Origin: an uncultured Candidatus Saccharibacteria bacterium
GTDB lineage: Bacteria > Patescibacteriota > Minisyncoccia > Phycocordibacterales > UBA918
DNA: 64,000 nucleotides
NCBI GenBank assembly: GCA_964353135.1
Contig: CAYGTV010000002.1
Coordinates: forward strand, 1,125-65,124
Direction of reading: 5' to 3'
In this document: piece after piece, positions 29,883-38,921 of the stretch
Numbering within the stretch: position 1 is the stretch's first letter
Layout of the letters: each line of letters begins with the position of its first letter
Notes under the pieces: generated by a model
What the model was told of the DNA's origin: nothing
Databases searched by the model: none
Seen by the model: only the letters and a program-made list of their open reading frames with translations
Translations under genes and position numbers: made by a program

Positions 29883-30668
29883 TTATTTTAGATTCAGAGA
29901 GTTTGACCAGATATTATCAAACATGGAACGCATCATTTTTGAATGTGCCTGTGACTGTATAAGGACTGCATATTTTTCCTTTTTAGGTGACACATACAAA
30001 GTTTTATCATCATAGATAAAGATAGTGGTGTCAAAACTGTTATGCATGTCGATCGGCAATTGTTTTATGTCTGCGTCCAAATAAAACTCATCGATCACAC
30101 TTTTACTAGGAATATCTTCCCAGAGTGCAGTTGTCTGGATTTTTCTCTTTGTCTTTTCTTTCACGTATTCCTCAACAAAATCTGCACCCATTTCATGAAA
30201 GAAGTTTTTTGCAGGCACTATAGTTCTAATAGTTTTATCTTTACTATATAAACTATAAAAAATAGTTGCCTTAATTGTTTCAAAACTATCAAAATAAGAA
30301 ACTAGTGTTTTTTCAGTATCTTTGTTTTCTGGATAGTAATCCTTCAACTTTTTTGTTTTCTCTAACAACTCATTCTGCTTCCTAATATTCTTCTGCACCA
30401 ACTCAAGCAATTTATCTAAGGGTTCAACCTGAAACTTATTGCCATAATCCTTACCCGTCTTACTCACCAAACCTCTTTTTTCAAGAGAGTTGAGAGAATA
30501 GTAAACAGTAGGTCTTTTTTCATCAGTTACTCTTATAACATCTTGAACAGACTGTGCTCCATCAAGTAAAGATACATAGACCGCTATCTCGGCTGGTGAC
30601 AACCCAATATCCTCAAGGATAATTGTAATATCTCTTTTATTCATAGTTGTATAGTCGCTATTATACAT
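29883..30668 (-). CDS. TrmB-family transcriptional regulator
   Basis: N-terminal winged HTH IAVYVSLLDGAQSVQDVIRVTDEKRPTVYYSLNSLEKRGLV plus a TrmB C-terminal domain. AT-rich. Alternative ATG at 30644. Confidence 0.55.
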   Translation of the reverse strand: MYNSDYTTMNKRDITIILEDIGLSPAEIAVYVSLLDGAQSVQDVIRVTDEKRPTVYYSLNSLEKRGLVSKTGKDYGNKFQVEPLDKLLELVQKNIRKQNELLEKTKKLKDYYPENKDTEKTLVSYFDSFETIKATIFYSLYSKDKTIRTIVPAKNFFHEMGADFVEEYVKEKTKRKIQTTALWEDIPSKSVIDEFYLDADIKQLPIDMHNSFDTTIFIYDDKTLYVSPKKEKYAVLIQSQAHSKMMRSMFDNIWSNSLNLK

Positions 30669-30736
30669 AATTGAACATATGTATCAAACTCCCTATTATG
30701 CATTAAGTAGTTCTTTAACAAACGAAGGAGAAAATA

Positions 30737-31120
30737 ATGGATAATCTCGCAATTAACATAATCTTTGGTCATTTTGTTGGAGACTTCTTTCTTCAACACA
30801 AACTGATGGCAAATAATAAGTACCTGCCTGGATGGACTGCCGCTGGATGGTGTTCACTCCATGTTCTTGTTTACACCTTAACAGTTGCTACTTTTGCGAG
30901 TAACTTCTCGCCAATATTTCTGCTGGGTGTAGCAATTCCACACTGGATTGCTGACAGGTTTTCTATTGCACACAAATGGATGCAGCTAATCGGACGAGGT
31001 GACCTTATTCCAAATGATGATCCTACAAAAGCTGCTTTTGGGGCGATTATCTATGTGACTCTGGATCAGACCTTCCATCTTGGAAGCCTCTATATCCTCA
31101 TCCTGCTAACTCAAGCCTAA
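30737..31120 (+). CDS. DUF3307-like small membrane protein
   Basis: AAGGAG SD. 3-4 TM. HxxxDxxxQ pattern. Confidence 0.4.
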   Translation: MDNLAINIIFGHFVGDFFLQHKLMANNKYLPGWTAAGWCSLHVLVYTLTVATFASNFSPIFLLGVAIPHWIADRFSIAHKWMQLIGRGDLIPNDDPTKAAFGAIIYVTLDQTFHLGSLYILILLTQA

Positions 31121-31130
31121 GGAGAATACA

Positions 31131-31493
31131 ATGGGTATGTCTATGTTTGGTTCACGGTGTTCTGACGATTCTCACAGGGATTCTTATACACCCCCAGTTT
31201 ACATTCGTGAGGAAGTGCCATTACCAGGGAATCCGAATCCTAGTAACTTCGAAATTCAAAAACTGGAGAGAGTGAACCACTTCACCATAATGTTGGTTGA
31301 GTATCCTGATTGCCTGAACTTTGAAGGGAAAAAGATTTTAGTCTTCAAAACTCTTGCATTGGGTAACATCAAAAAAATCTCTTCTCTTGACCCTCACTTT
31401 TGTGATTCCACTAGGCACACATCACCAGTCGCACGATTTATGCCTACTGATCAAGGCTGGCAGTATGCAATTGCGTTTTGTAATAACGCATAA
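31131..31493 (+). CDS. hypothetical protein (120 aa)
   Basis: AAGGAG SD. Terminator immediately downstream. Confidence 0.4.
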   Translation: MGMSMFGSRCSDDSHRDSYTPPVYIREEVPLPGNPNPSNFEIQKLERVNHFTIMLVEYPDCLNFEGKKILVFKTLALGNIKKISSLDPHFCDSTRHTSPVARFMPTDQGWQYAIAFCNNA

Positions 31494-31498
31494 TATAT

Positions 31499-31532
31499 AG
31501 GCACCCATGTACTGGGTGCCTTCTTTTATATA
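31499..31532 (+). terminator. rho-independent terminator
   Basis: Stem aggcaccca/tgggtgcct followed by TCTTTTATATA. Confidence 0.55.
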
Positions 31533-31534
31533 AA

Positions 31535-31609
31535 CACCTCCCTCGCCTCCTCGAGCCAACCCACAGTCATCTCCTCAAACTGGTTCCACCCCATGGACAG
31601 TACGTGCCC
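31535..31609 (+). repeat. degenerate copy (R0) of the 3' half of the R repeat
   Basis: ctcctcaaactggttccaccccatggacagtacgtgccc versus the R consensus ...ttccaattggttccaccc.agggtcggtagtcgccc. Confidence 0.4.
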
Positions 31610-31818
31610 AGAATGCAGAAACTCCTTTGGGAGTTTTTTGCATTCTGGGTGACTAAGTGAGTGAATAGTTTCACTCACGTCCGGGAATCGAACGCCGGAG
31701 CGATGTGAGGAATTGAAATAGTCTGGGAGACTTTTTCAAAACGAACGAGTGAGGTGTGTCCCGCGGCACCTGCTAGATTGTGACTGAAAGGAAGCAAACT
31801 AGCTTGGTGACCGTCAGG

Positions 31819-31903
31819 ACGATTCCCGGTAGTCGCCCATCATTTTAAGACAAGTTATATAAGGGTTTTCTGAGTACCCTACCGAGACGTTCGAACTGAA
31901 TGT
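31819..31903 (+). repeat. attR-like direct repeat of the tRNA-His 3' end, plus junction module b
   Basis: gacgattcccggtagtcgccc (19/19 match to the tRNA-His end), then the b module a.c.ttttgaag...tataagggttttct.agtaccct..gagacgttcgaact. Confidence 0.6.
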
Positions 31904-31996
31904 TGCTTTTTAAATATATTTATTGCATAGTTGCCTGCAGAGAACATTTACGCGACAGTCTCGCGCAGTACTCTTCTATAAAGTTCATGTGAACCA

Positions 31997-32476
31997 ATGA
32001 AAGGATTCAGGATGACCTATACAGAAATTGAGAATACCATGGAGGCGCGCAAAGCACCTCCTGGGAAGTACCGCTTGCTGCTAGCAGGTGGTGGCGCCGA
32101 GCGTCCTCTGTGCCATGTTCAGGACTATGATCGTGCTGAACTCGCTTTGGAAGCGGCTGACAAACTTCTTCGTTCGAAGGAGATCAAGGGCTGGGGCATC
32201 GTTCACGACGGCAACGGACGGATTCTCACCCTCAACGATGGTCCTTCGCAGATGTATACCTACGATGACCTTCTTAAAACTTACGGTGGAGGCAAACGTC
32301 AACTTAGCAATCGGGCGTTTACCGCTGCACATGCTGACGCAATCGAAGCTCTCCAACCGGAGAGACTGCCTGGTTGGCAGAAAGGCGACCGTATGCTGGT
32401 CTTTTGGCAAGACATTGAAAAGGCGACTGGTGCCGTTGCCCTTTGCGGTGACATTCATGGTGTAATCAGCGGTTGA
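31997..32476 (+). CDS. hypothetical protein (159 aa)
   Basis: Cassette cargo. Terminator downstream. Confidence 0.4.
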   Translation: MKGFRMTYTEIENTMEARKAPPGKYRLLLAGGGAERPLCHVQDYDRAELALEAADKLLRSKEIKGWGIVHDGNGRILTLNDGPSQMYTYDDLLKTYGGGKRQLSNRAFTAAHADAIEALQPERLPGWQKGDRMLVFWQDIEKATGAVALCGDIHGVISG

Positions 32477-32510
32477 CCACTACCCCACGCCCACAAGACG
32501 GAGAAATGCT

Positions 32511-32545
32511 CCGCCGACGTGATCTGGCGGCGGGGTTTTTCTTTT
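32511..32545 (+). terminator. rho-independent terminator
   Basis: Stem ccgccga...ctggcgg followed by ggTTTTTCTTTT. Confidence 0.5.
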
Positions 32546-32808
32546 CATCATCTATATTCCCCTATCGAAGCTAGCTTTTCTTTCACACCACTCATATATT
32601 CCTGGTCTGAGAGAATGGTCAGAACAAGATTAGGACTCTGGCCCTAGTGAGAATTGAACGAATTAAACGTTACAATTCAACGACTTTTCAGTTCGAGCCA
32701 AACACTCCCCTTACACAAAATAGTGTATTCAGGGTGGAGTGAAATTGTAGGACACTTTACAGATACATTTTTTATAGTATTTTTGCACTGAAGACAACAA
32801 GGAGTCCT

Positions 32809-33252
32809 TTGATGAAACCAATAATTTGTGAACAAATCGCTCCCCCTGAAGTATTTGACATGCTTCATGAGCTATCAATAGGTAATGAAGCAACTGAGTT
32901 CATTGGCCGGACTCTCCACGAAGCAGAGTCAGGCGAAGGTCTATGTACCTTTGATGCCAATGAGCAACCAAACAGTAGAACAATGACGTTGATGTTTATG
33001 CTGCAAGCCCGAATGACTGGTGAAGTCGACAGAGCGGAAATGCTTAGGGAAAGTGGTTTGGCGGCAGAAATATCTGACGACAACAGCGACGACCTTGAAA
33101 ACTGGGATGGTATTGCATTGGCAATGCTGTTCGCAAGCGACGAATTGTTGGACAGAATGATTGCAAGCCTTCCACCTGAAGTGCGAAGCGTCATCATCTC
33201 CCAAATGCCAACCGAGCAACATGCACTTGCTCGTTCAATGTTCACAACATAG
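32809..33252 (+). CDS. hypothetical acidic protein (147 aa)
   Basis: AAGGAG SD. Cassette cargo. Confidence 0.4.
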   Translation: MMKPIICEQIAPPEVFDMLHELSIGNEATEFIGRTLHEAESGEGLCTFDANEQPNSRTMTLMFMLQARMTGEVDRAEMLRESGLAAEISDDNSDDLENWDGIALAMLFASDELLDRMIASLPPEVRSVIISQMPTEQHALARSMFTT

Positions 33253-33266
33253 AAAAAGAGACAAAC

Positions 33267-33464
33267 ATGTCAGATGATTTTGAATCATTCAAAGCCAGGG
33301 TGGAAGATGTTATTGTTGAGAAATTCAACGAATTTCGGCTTACCCAGGCAAACACGCTGCGGGAATCCGCAGCTTCAGCAACAGGTCAACGTAAAGACTT
33401 GCTGCTCAAAATGGCTGACGACTGGGAAAATGCCGCCACTCCTACGATAGAGGCTGCAGACTAA
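33267..33464 (+). CDS. hypothetical small protein (65 aa)
   Basis: Translationally coupled to the upstream gene. Confidence 0.3.
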   Translation: MSDDFESFKARVEDVIVEKFNEFRLTQANTLRESAASATGQRKDLLLKMADDWENAATPTIEAAD

Positions 33465-33524
33465 ACTTCCCCCCTTACAATTGAGCTATCCATTCGCTTC
33501 GGCAGTGGGTGGCTTTTTCTTTTG

Positions 33525-33641
33525 CCTACCAACCTAGTGGAACCACTTTCTCCCCTCTCACCTGAAACAAACCATTGCGTCACTTAACCATTCAAGACAC
33601 AGCTGTTCCAATTGGTTCCACCCGAGGGTCGGTAGTCGCCC
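33525..33641 (+). repeat. R1: 117-nt cassette-junction repeat ending in a tRNA-His 3'-end mimic
   Basis: cctaccaacctagtggaaccac...ccaattggttccacccgagggtcggtagtcgccc. ~90% identical to R2 and R3. Internal long-range inverted repeat gtggaacca/tggttccac. Followed by module b (33642..33703). Confidence 0.7.
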
Positions 33642-33732
33642 AACGTTTTGAAGTAGATTTTATAAGGGTTTTCTAAGTACCCTAATGAGACGTTCGAACT
33701 ATAAGTAAAAAGCCGCCCCGAGGGGCGACCGA

Positions 33733-34281
33733 TTAAGCATAATTTTTCTCAAGATACGCTTGGAGCTTTTCAATAGCTCTTCTTCGCATCGAAGTTTTGA
33801 CTGTCTGTTCTAGTGTCATCTCAGCCCAAGTAAGAGCCTCACCTTCTGGAACAAAGATGGGATTCCAACCGAAGCCCTCGCCTCTAGGTGATTCAGGTAC
33901 ACTGCCGCGGCACTCACCCAAGAAAAGATGGACACCTGTTTCATCACAAAGTGCGAAGCACGTCTCGGCCACTGCCCTCCGCTCCTTGTGACCCTTAAGC
34001 ATATCCGTCATACCTTGATTTCCAACAGATTCCAGAAACCATTTGACGAATGTACCAGGCAGTCCTTTGAGAGCCAGGAAGGTCAGAGCAGTATCTTCAA
34101 CCAGAACTGGGATACCAAGTTCAGCATAAGCGGCTTTTGCTTTTTCAGTCGCAACCTCTTCGAGAATCAAAGATTGAATCTCTGGAATATCCAGTTTTGC
34201 GTGTTGCACCTCAAAACTGAGATATTTACCGAGCTGAGCGGCTTTGTTGGGGTTTCCCGTAATAAACGTAAGTGATTTCAT
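33733..34281 (-). CDS. rdgB: non-canonical purine NTP pyrophosphatase (RdgB/Ham1 family)
   Basis: LTFITGNPNKAAQ motif. AAAGGA SD before the ATG at 34281. Terminator overlaps the stop. Confidence 0.7.
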   Translation of the reverse strand: MKSLTFITGNPNKAAQLGKYLSFEVQHAKLDIPEIQSLILEEVATEKAKAAYAELGIPVLVEDTALTFLALKGLPGTFVKWFLESVGNQGMTDMLKGHKERRAVAETCFALCDETGVHLFLGECRGSVPESPRGEGFGWNPIFVPEGEALTWAEMTLEQTVKTSMRRRAIEKLQAYLEKNYA

Positions 34282-34393
34282 AACTTTGTCCTTTCTACAG
34301 AATCTACGTTCAGCGTACACTCATTCTGGTTACTTTCAAGTTTTCAGTATCAAAATAAAATATTGGAATAAACACCGTTTCATCCCCCAATCT

Positions 34394-34523
34394 CTCAAAC
34401 ACAGTTCGAACCTTACAGGTTCAGTACACCTTTTGGCTAGATTATTTCGTACACTCATAATCTACCTCAAAAGCTCTTTACAACTCACCCCGTGAGCTGT
34501 AAACATCCTCTACGACGTCGCTC
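34394..34523 (+). repeat. split copy of junction module d
   Basis: ctcaaacacagttcgaacc (34394..34412) and atcctctacgacgtcgctc (34505..34523), separated by a 92-nt insert. The same module is contiguous at 38777 and 40993. Confidence 0.45.
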
Positions 34524-34617
34524 AATATATTGACATATACATTTTTTGTGTTATTTTGATTTTGGACAGATGTGTCCTTAACTGCACCCAAGGGTGCTCC
34601 AGATGTGGAGAAATAAC

Positions 34618-34998
34618 ATGAGTGCTATTACTGTCGAAGCTCTTTTGACGGGCGCAAAGGCGATTGAATTAGCGAGAGACGAAGTTCGTCATTTCCTCGG
34701 CATCATGAAGCCAATATGTTCAAACTGCAGTCTCATCACTGAAAAATTTACTCTTCCTGATACAGAACGACGTTTCTGGTGGCAACTGAAACAGACCATT
34801 CACAAAAAATCGTTTTTCCAGCTTTGGGAAGTGGTCTCTTACGGTCACATTGAACGGCTATGGGAAGGGTTCGCTGACGATGTGCCATCTTCGGATAAAG
34901 TGATTTGCGTACGGAAAGCGCTGCCGTTTCTTCTTTCAGACTGCGAGAAGAAGATTCCAGATTTTGCAGAGAAAATTCAGCCCTATCTGATTTCCTGA
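34618..34998 (+). CDS. hypothetical protein
   Basis: GGAGA SD before the ATG at 34618. Track ORF starts at 34594. Confidence 0.35.
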   Translation: MSAITVEALLTGAKAIELARDEVRHFLGIMKPICSNCSLITEKFTLPDTERRFWWQLKQTIHKKSFFQLWEVVSYGHIERLWEGFADDVPSSDKVICVRKALPFLLSDCEKKIPDFAEKIQPYLIS

Positions 34999-35026
34999 TT
35001 CGAAACAGGTTTCAATACCGTAACTG

Positions 35027-35061
35027 CCCCGCCTACAATTGGCGGGGCTTTTTTTCTTTTC
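35027..35061 (+). terminator. rho-independent terminator running into R2
   Basis: Stem ccccgcc-tacaatt-ggcgggg followed by CTTTTTTTCTTTT. Confidence 0.6.
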
Positions 35062-35064
35062 CCC

Positions 35065-35181
35065 CCTACCACCCCAGTGGAACCACTTTCGCCCCTCTTA
35101 CCTGAAACAAATCCTTGCGTCGCTTAACCAATCGAGACACATCTCTTCCAATTGGTTCCACCCTATGGACAGTAGTCGCCC
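35065..35181 (+). repeat. R2: 117-nt cassette-junction repeat
   Basis: cctaccaccccagtggaaccac...ccaattggttccaccctatggacagtagtcgccc. Followed by module c (35182..35248), which contains the hairpin ccctaga-ttct-ctaggg. Confidence 0.7.
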
Positions 35182-35341
35182 TACTGCCCTAGATTCTCTA
35201 GGGACTATATAAATAAAGGTATTCTGGTTCGACTATACGAGGTTTTTTCGTTGTCCACTGGACTTAGTGGAACCAAAGAAAAAGCCGCCCCATCGTGAGA
35301 CAGGACGGCATGTAAGTACACTTCAAGAACAGCCAGCTACT

Positions 35342-35737
35342 TCACCGCCAGTTCCGTGGCCACATTTCAGCAATGGCAGCCGAATGCGTCAGACTACCCA
35401 TGAATGCTTCCTCAAAGAGCACTCCTTGCTCGACAGCTTCATGCGGATTCCAGAACTTGAAGCGAAATTCCTGAACGATGGACATGTTCGGGTATCGCTT
35501 CTTTGCTCGGTCCAACGCCGCTGACAGACGAACACCTTCAGGCGACTCTGCAGTGAACGGAAAAGCCAGAAAAGAAGACATCCATCCACCTTTGAGAAGG
35601 ACTTCGTCAACTGCATGTTGCAGCAAAACATCACCGTCAGATACTTTGTCGAGTGCGTAGCGCAAACGCTGCACTGCGGGATGGCTCCATCCACGAACTT
35701 GTGATTCGCAGACTTTTGTTTCAGGTACAGTGGTCAT
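35342..35737 (-). CDS. hypothetical protein (131 aa)
   Basis: Cassette cargo. Confidence 0.35.
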   Translation of the reverse strand: MTTVPETKVCESQVRGWSHPAVQRLRYALDKVSDGDVLLQHAVDEVLLKGGWMSSFLAFPFTAESPEGVRLSAALDRAKKRYPNMSIVQEFRFKFWNPHEAVEQGVLFEEAFMGSLTHSAAIAEMWPRNWR

Positions 35738-35776
35738 GTGAGATTTCCTTTCAAGTCAAGTTTTGTCTCAAGATTT

Positions 35777-36364
35777 CTACTCAGATTCAGACAAGGCTCT
35801 GTCGGCCCAAAAGCCTTGTACTGCTTCATGCAGCAATAGTTCGAATGCCTTACCTTCGATTTTATATTGCTTCCAGGTGGTACCGTCCTGTTCAATGCGC
35901 TGGCCGTAGTAGTGCGCACCAAGACCTTCGTAGAGCCTGACGGCGTCGTAGTTCCAGTCCAAGACCTCAAAAGAGATTGTGTGGGTGTATTCACACACTT
36001 CCTTTGCTATCTTGCTGAAGAACTGCTTGGCCACACCTTGCCGCCGGACACTTTGCTCGACATACAAGTCATGCAGGCAAAACTCCCAGGAAGAGGCAAA
36101 CGAACTGAATCCACCATAGAACCCCATGGCAAATCCAACTGAAGAGCCATGCTCTGTCTCGGCAACCCAGGCATGTAGTTGTCGAGGGTCAGGCACTGGA
36201 AAGATACCTTCACGACTGATGTCCGTGTTTTGCAAAAAAAGCGCGAGGCTCGTTATACTGGGCTTGAAACTGTCTTCCATTTTTTCATACTTAGCAAGAC
36301 GCTTCATGAGTTGCACGATATTGCGTGTATCATCACGGGTGGCTCTGCGGATAGTGATTGTCAT
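35777..36364 (-). CDS. GNAT family N-acetyltransferase
   Basis: Acetyl-CoA-binding pattern (QxxGxG/A-like RRQGVAKQ). 195 aa. Confidence 0.65.
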   Translation of the reverse strand: MTITIRRATRDDTRNIVQLMKRLAKYEKMEDSFKPSITSLALFLQNTDISREGIFPVPDPRQLHAWVAETEHGSSVGFAMGFYGGFSSFASSWEFCLHDLYVEQSVRRQGVAKQFFSKIAKEVCEYTHTISFEVLDWNYDAVRLYEGLGAHYYGQRIEQDGTTWKQYKIEGKAFELLLHEAVQGFWADRALSESE

Positions 36365-36512
36365 ATCAAAGACCTTTCTTCTGTTTGTTTACTAGTTCAA
36401 GAGCCACAGTACCAAAAAGTATTGAATAAAGGAAGTATATGTGGCATTGTTCGAACGAAACAGCACCTCTGTTACGAGAGTATCGTAAAGTTCAAATTTG
36501 GGAGAAGACCCG

Positions 36513-37214
36513 ATGATTGATATTCACGGCGGGTCGAAAGACCCACGAGCAGCTCGACTCAGCAACTTCACCAACCGACCCTTCATGTTTGATGGCATTG
36601 CGTGTGCAGGTATCGAAGGTATCCTGCAAGCTCTTAAGGAGCCTGAAGCAGCAAAACAGCCAGGTATCTGCGCTCTTCGAGGCAAGGCGGCCAAGAAAGC
36701 CGAAAACGACTTAAATGGCTGGAAAGAGTCCCAAACACTGTGGTGGAAAGGTGTCCCCTACGAACGGTGTGGCCAGTCCTACCAAGTGCTCATCACCTGT
36801 ATCTACAATGCGGTGTATGAACAGGACCCAACCTTCAAAGAAGACTTGCTTACCGTTGAACTGGATGATATTTGCCACAGCATCGGCAATCCCGACCAAC
36901 GGGACACTGTGCTGACAGAGGTGGAGATGATTCACCAACTCAACAGGTTACGACTGCGAGCACTTCGGTCTGAAGGCAAACTACCTTCCAAAAAACCAAC
37001 TATGGACAATATTCCACACTACCGTGGAGTAAAGAAAGACGGCGACCCATTAGTTTTTCTGAAGCGACACTACGCCGACTGGATAGCTCTTGGTTTTCTA
37101 ACACAGGTGAACCTCCGTCAACATGACGAAAAGCTGGTAAACTCCCTGAAGTACAAACTTCGTACCGAAGGCAGAAAGCTAGCCGACATGGTTCCGCCTG
37201 GCATCAGGCGCTAA
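36513..37214 (+). CDS. possible NADAR (DUF1768)-like domain protein
   Basis: LSNFTNRPFMFDGIACAGIEGILQALK resembles the NADAR/YbiA FSNF..P...DG....SxEHxxQAxK motif. GGGAGA SD before the ATG at 36513. Confidence 0.3.
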   Translation: MIDIHGGSKDPRAARLSNFTNRPFMFDGIACAGIEGILQALKEPEAAKQPGICALRGKAAKKAENDLNGWKESQTLWWKGVPYERCGQSYQVLITCIYNAVYEQDPTFKEDLLTVELDDICHSIGNPDQRDTVLTEVEMIHQLNRLRLRALRSEGKLPSKKPTMDNIPHYRGVKKDGDPLVFLKRHYADWIALGFLTQVNLRQHDEKLVNSLKYKLRTEGRKLADMVPPGIRR

Positions 37215-37215
37215 C

Positions 37216-37268
37216 CACCCTGCACCAAGGAGACATCCTCTCCAATTAGTGCAGGGTGTTTTCTTTTG
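37216..37268 (+). terminator. hairpin terminator running into R3
   Basis: Stem caccctgcac/gtgcagggtg with a long loop, followed by TTTTCTTTTG. Confidence 0.45.
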
Positions 37269-37385
37269 CCTACCAACCTAGTGGAACCACATTCTCCCCT
37301 CTTACCTGAAACAAACCCTTGCATCGCTTAACCAATCGAGACAGAGCTCTTCCAATTGGTTCCACCCAAGGGTCGGTAGTCGCCC
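37269..37385 (+). repeat. R3: 117-nt cassette-junction repeat
   Basis: cctaccaacctagtggaaccacattctcccctcttacctgaaacaaacccttgcatcgcttaaccaatcgagacagagctcttccaattggttccacccaagggtcggtagtcgccc. Confidence 0.7.
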
Positions 37386-37484
37386 AGCGAAAAATATCTT
37401 CAGTAAACGAAGATATACAACAACATCTGAGTTCTGATATTTACTACACGTAATGGGAATTAGGAACTTTGGTATACTTTTTGT

Positions 37485-38498
37485 ATGAAAAACATTCAAT
37501 ACATTGAAGTGACAGGCTCTGCGTACGAACGTGGATTAAAGCAAGGAGTGGAGCTACAGGAAAGAATCAAACAAAATATTGAATTCTATAAGACTGTTGT
37601 TGATATACCAGAAGATGAACTCTTCCCCCAAGTGAGCCATTTTGCTCAAGTGATAAAGGATTTTAATGAAGAGTACGCCACTGAAATAGAAGCTATTGCC
37701 GAAGGAGCTGGGGTTGATTCAATCTGGATTTATTTCCTCAACTGTCGTACCGAACTAATCAACAACAAGAAAGTAACCGAGTGCACCACGTTCTTTTTCA
37801 AAGAAACGGCTATTTTGGGTGAAAATTGGGACTGGTCACAAAGGAGTGAGAAACTCATGATTGTAATCAAAGCAACGTCAGAGGATGGTCACTCGTATAC
37901 ACAAGTGACTGAACCTGGGATTTTAGGAAAGATAGGTATGAACGACAGAGGTGTTGGAGTATGCCTCAACATCTTGTTTGCCGAACGAGACAGAGTGTTT
38001 GGAGTACCAATTCATATTCTATGTAGAGCAGTGTTGGATTCTGAAGATGTTGTCACTGCTAAGCGTTTGGTTGAGGAGTACGGTAAAAACACAGCTAGTA
38101 ACTTACTCATCGGTGATGCCAGTGGAGCAAGCACTGACCTTGAGCTGGACGGTTTAAAAGTACTGGAACACACCACAGATGGAGCCGTTCTATTTCACAC
38201 CAATCACTACTTACGTGAAGAAAACAAAGACGAATGGATTCCTAAAAACTCACTAGCTAGACATACTTGTATAACAGGGAAAGTAATCGAACTGAACAGC
38301 TATTCAGTTGACGATGCTAAAGCCCTTCTCTCCGACAAGTCTGAGGGTGAAAAAGCGTTGTGTCGTGCATACTCACCAAAACCGCTAACAGGAATGCACG
38401 GAACAGTTGCGTCTATTGTGATGGACTTGAATAAGCGACAACTATACGTTACTGATGGAAATCCGATCGAGAATGAGTACGTAGTGTTTGATGTGTAG
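37485..38498 (+). CDS. C45-family peptidase / acyl-CoA:6-APA acyltransferase-like Ntn hydrolase
   Basis: ECTTFFF nucleophile region (Cys at the autoprocessing site). 337 aa. Confidence 0.5.
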   Translation: MKNIQYIEVTGSAYERGLKQGVELQERIKQNIEFYKTVVDIPEDELFPQVSHFAQVIKDFNEEYATEIEAIAEGAGVDSIWIYFLNCRTELINNKKVTECTTFFFKETAILGENWDWSQRSEKLMIVIKATSEDGHSYTQVTEPGILGKIGMNDRGVGVCLNILFAERDRVFGVPIHILCRAVLDSEDVVTAKRLVEEYGKNTASNLLIGDASGASTDLELDGLKVLEHTTDGAVLFHTNHYLREENKDEWIPKNSLARHTCITGKVIELNSYSVDDAKALLSDKSEGEKALCRAYSPKPLTGMHGTVASIVMDLNKRQLYVTDGNPIENEYVVFDV

Positions 38499-38547
38499 AA
38501 TAAATTAAAATACTTGCATTTGTAATAAAGTGTGTTACTATCTTACC

Positions 38548-38712
38548 TATCCAGTGCTCGGCGCTGGAAACAAGGACTAGGTCGTAACAAGTGTTACGTA
38601 GCGGAAGCTGCGGAACAAACGCATGGGGTGTAGTCCCAGGCGGTCGGTGAGAGCAAATCCATCGACCGCCACCACAGTTCAAATTTGCCAGCCGCTATGT
38701 GTCTGGTCTTTT
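38548..38712 (+). ncRNA. candidate small RNA, family unknown, flanked by a promoter and a terminator
   Basis: Promoter: TTGCAT (38514..38519), 16-nt spacer, TACTAT (38536..38541). Internal hairpins: 7-bp ccagtgc/gcgctgg, 8-bp ggcggtcg/cgaccgcc, and agc-GGAA-gct tetraloop. Ends in a hairpin plus TTTTTTT at 38709..38715. No ORF. Convergent genes on both sides. Confidence 0.3.
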
Positions 38713-38776
38713 TTTATATTGAAACAATTCCAGTGTTAATGAACGATGGAATATACAAAGTCACATCTCCCCTCTC

Positions 38777-38880
38777 CTCAAACACAGTTCGAACTTCCTC
38801 TACGACGTCGCCCAGCATTTTGAAGCAAGTATTGTAAGGTTTTTCTGGATACCCTACCTGGACGATTGAACCAAAACAAA
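38777..38880 (+). repeat. junction module d (tRNA-end variant cgacgtcgccc at 38803..38813) plus a module b variant
   Basis: ctcaaacacagttcgaacttcctctacgacgtcgccc, then agcattttgaagcaagtattgtaaggtttttctggataccct... Confidence 0.55.
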
Positions 38881-38921
38881 ACCCCTCATAACGGGGGTAT
38901 TGTTTTGAGTAATGTATGGAG

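Noticed and set aside
31650-31720. An additional intact tRNA on the minus strand (gttcgattcccgg...)
   Set aside because: Only a T-arm/3' fragment is present. No acceptor or anticodon arms can be paired. Treated as a recombination remnant of tRNA-His.
38548-38712. Calling the sRNA candidate SRP RNA or 6S RNA
   Set aside because: Only the GGAA tetraloop and agc/gct stem are reminiscent of SRP domain IV. The flanking conserved SRP nucleotides are missing and no 6S-like closed central bubble was seen. Left as unknown family.
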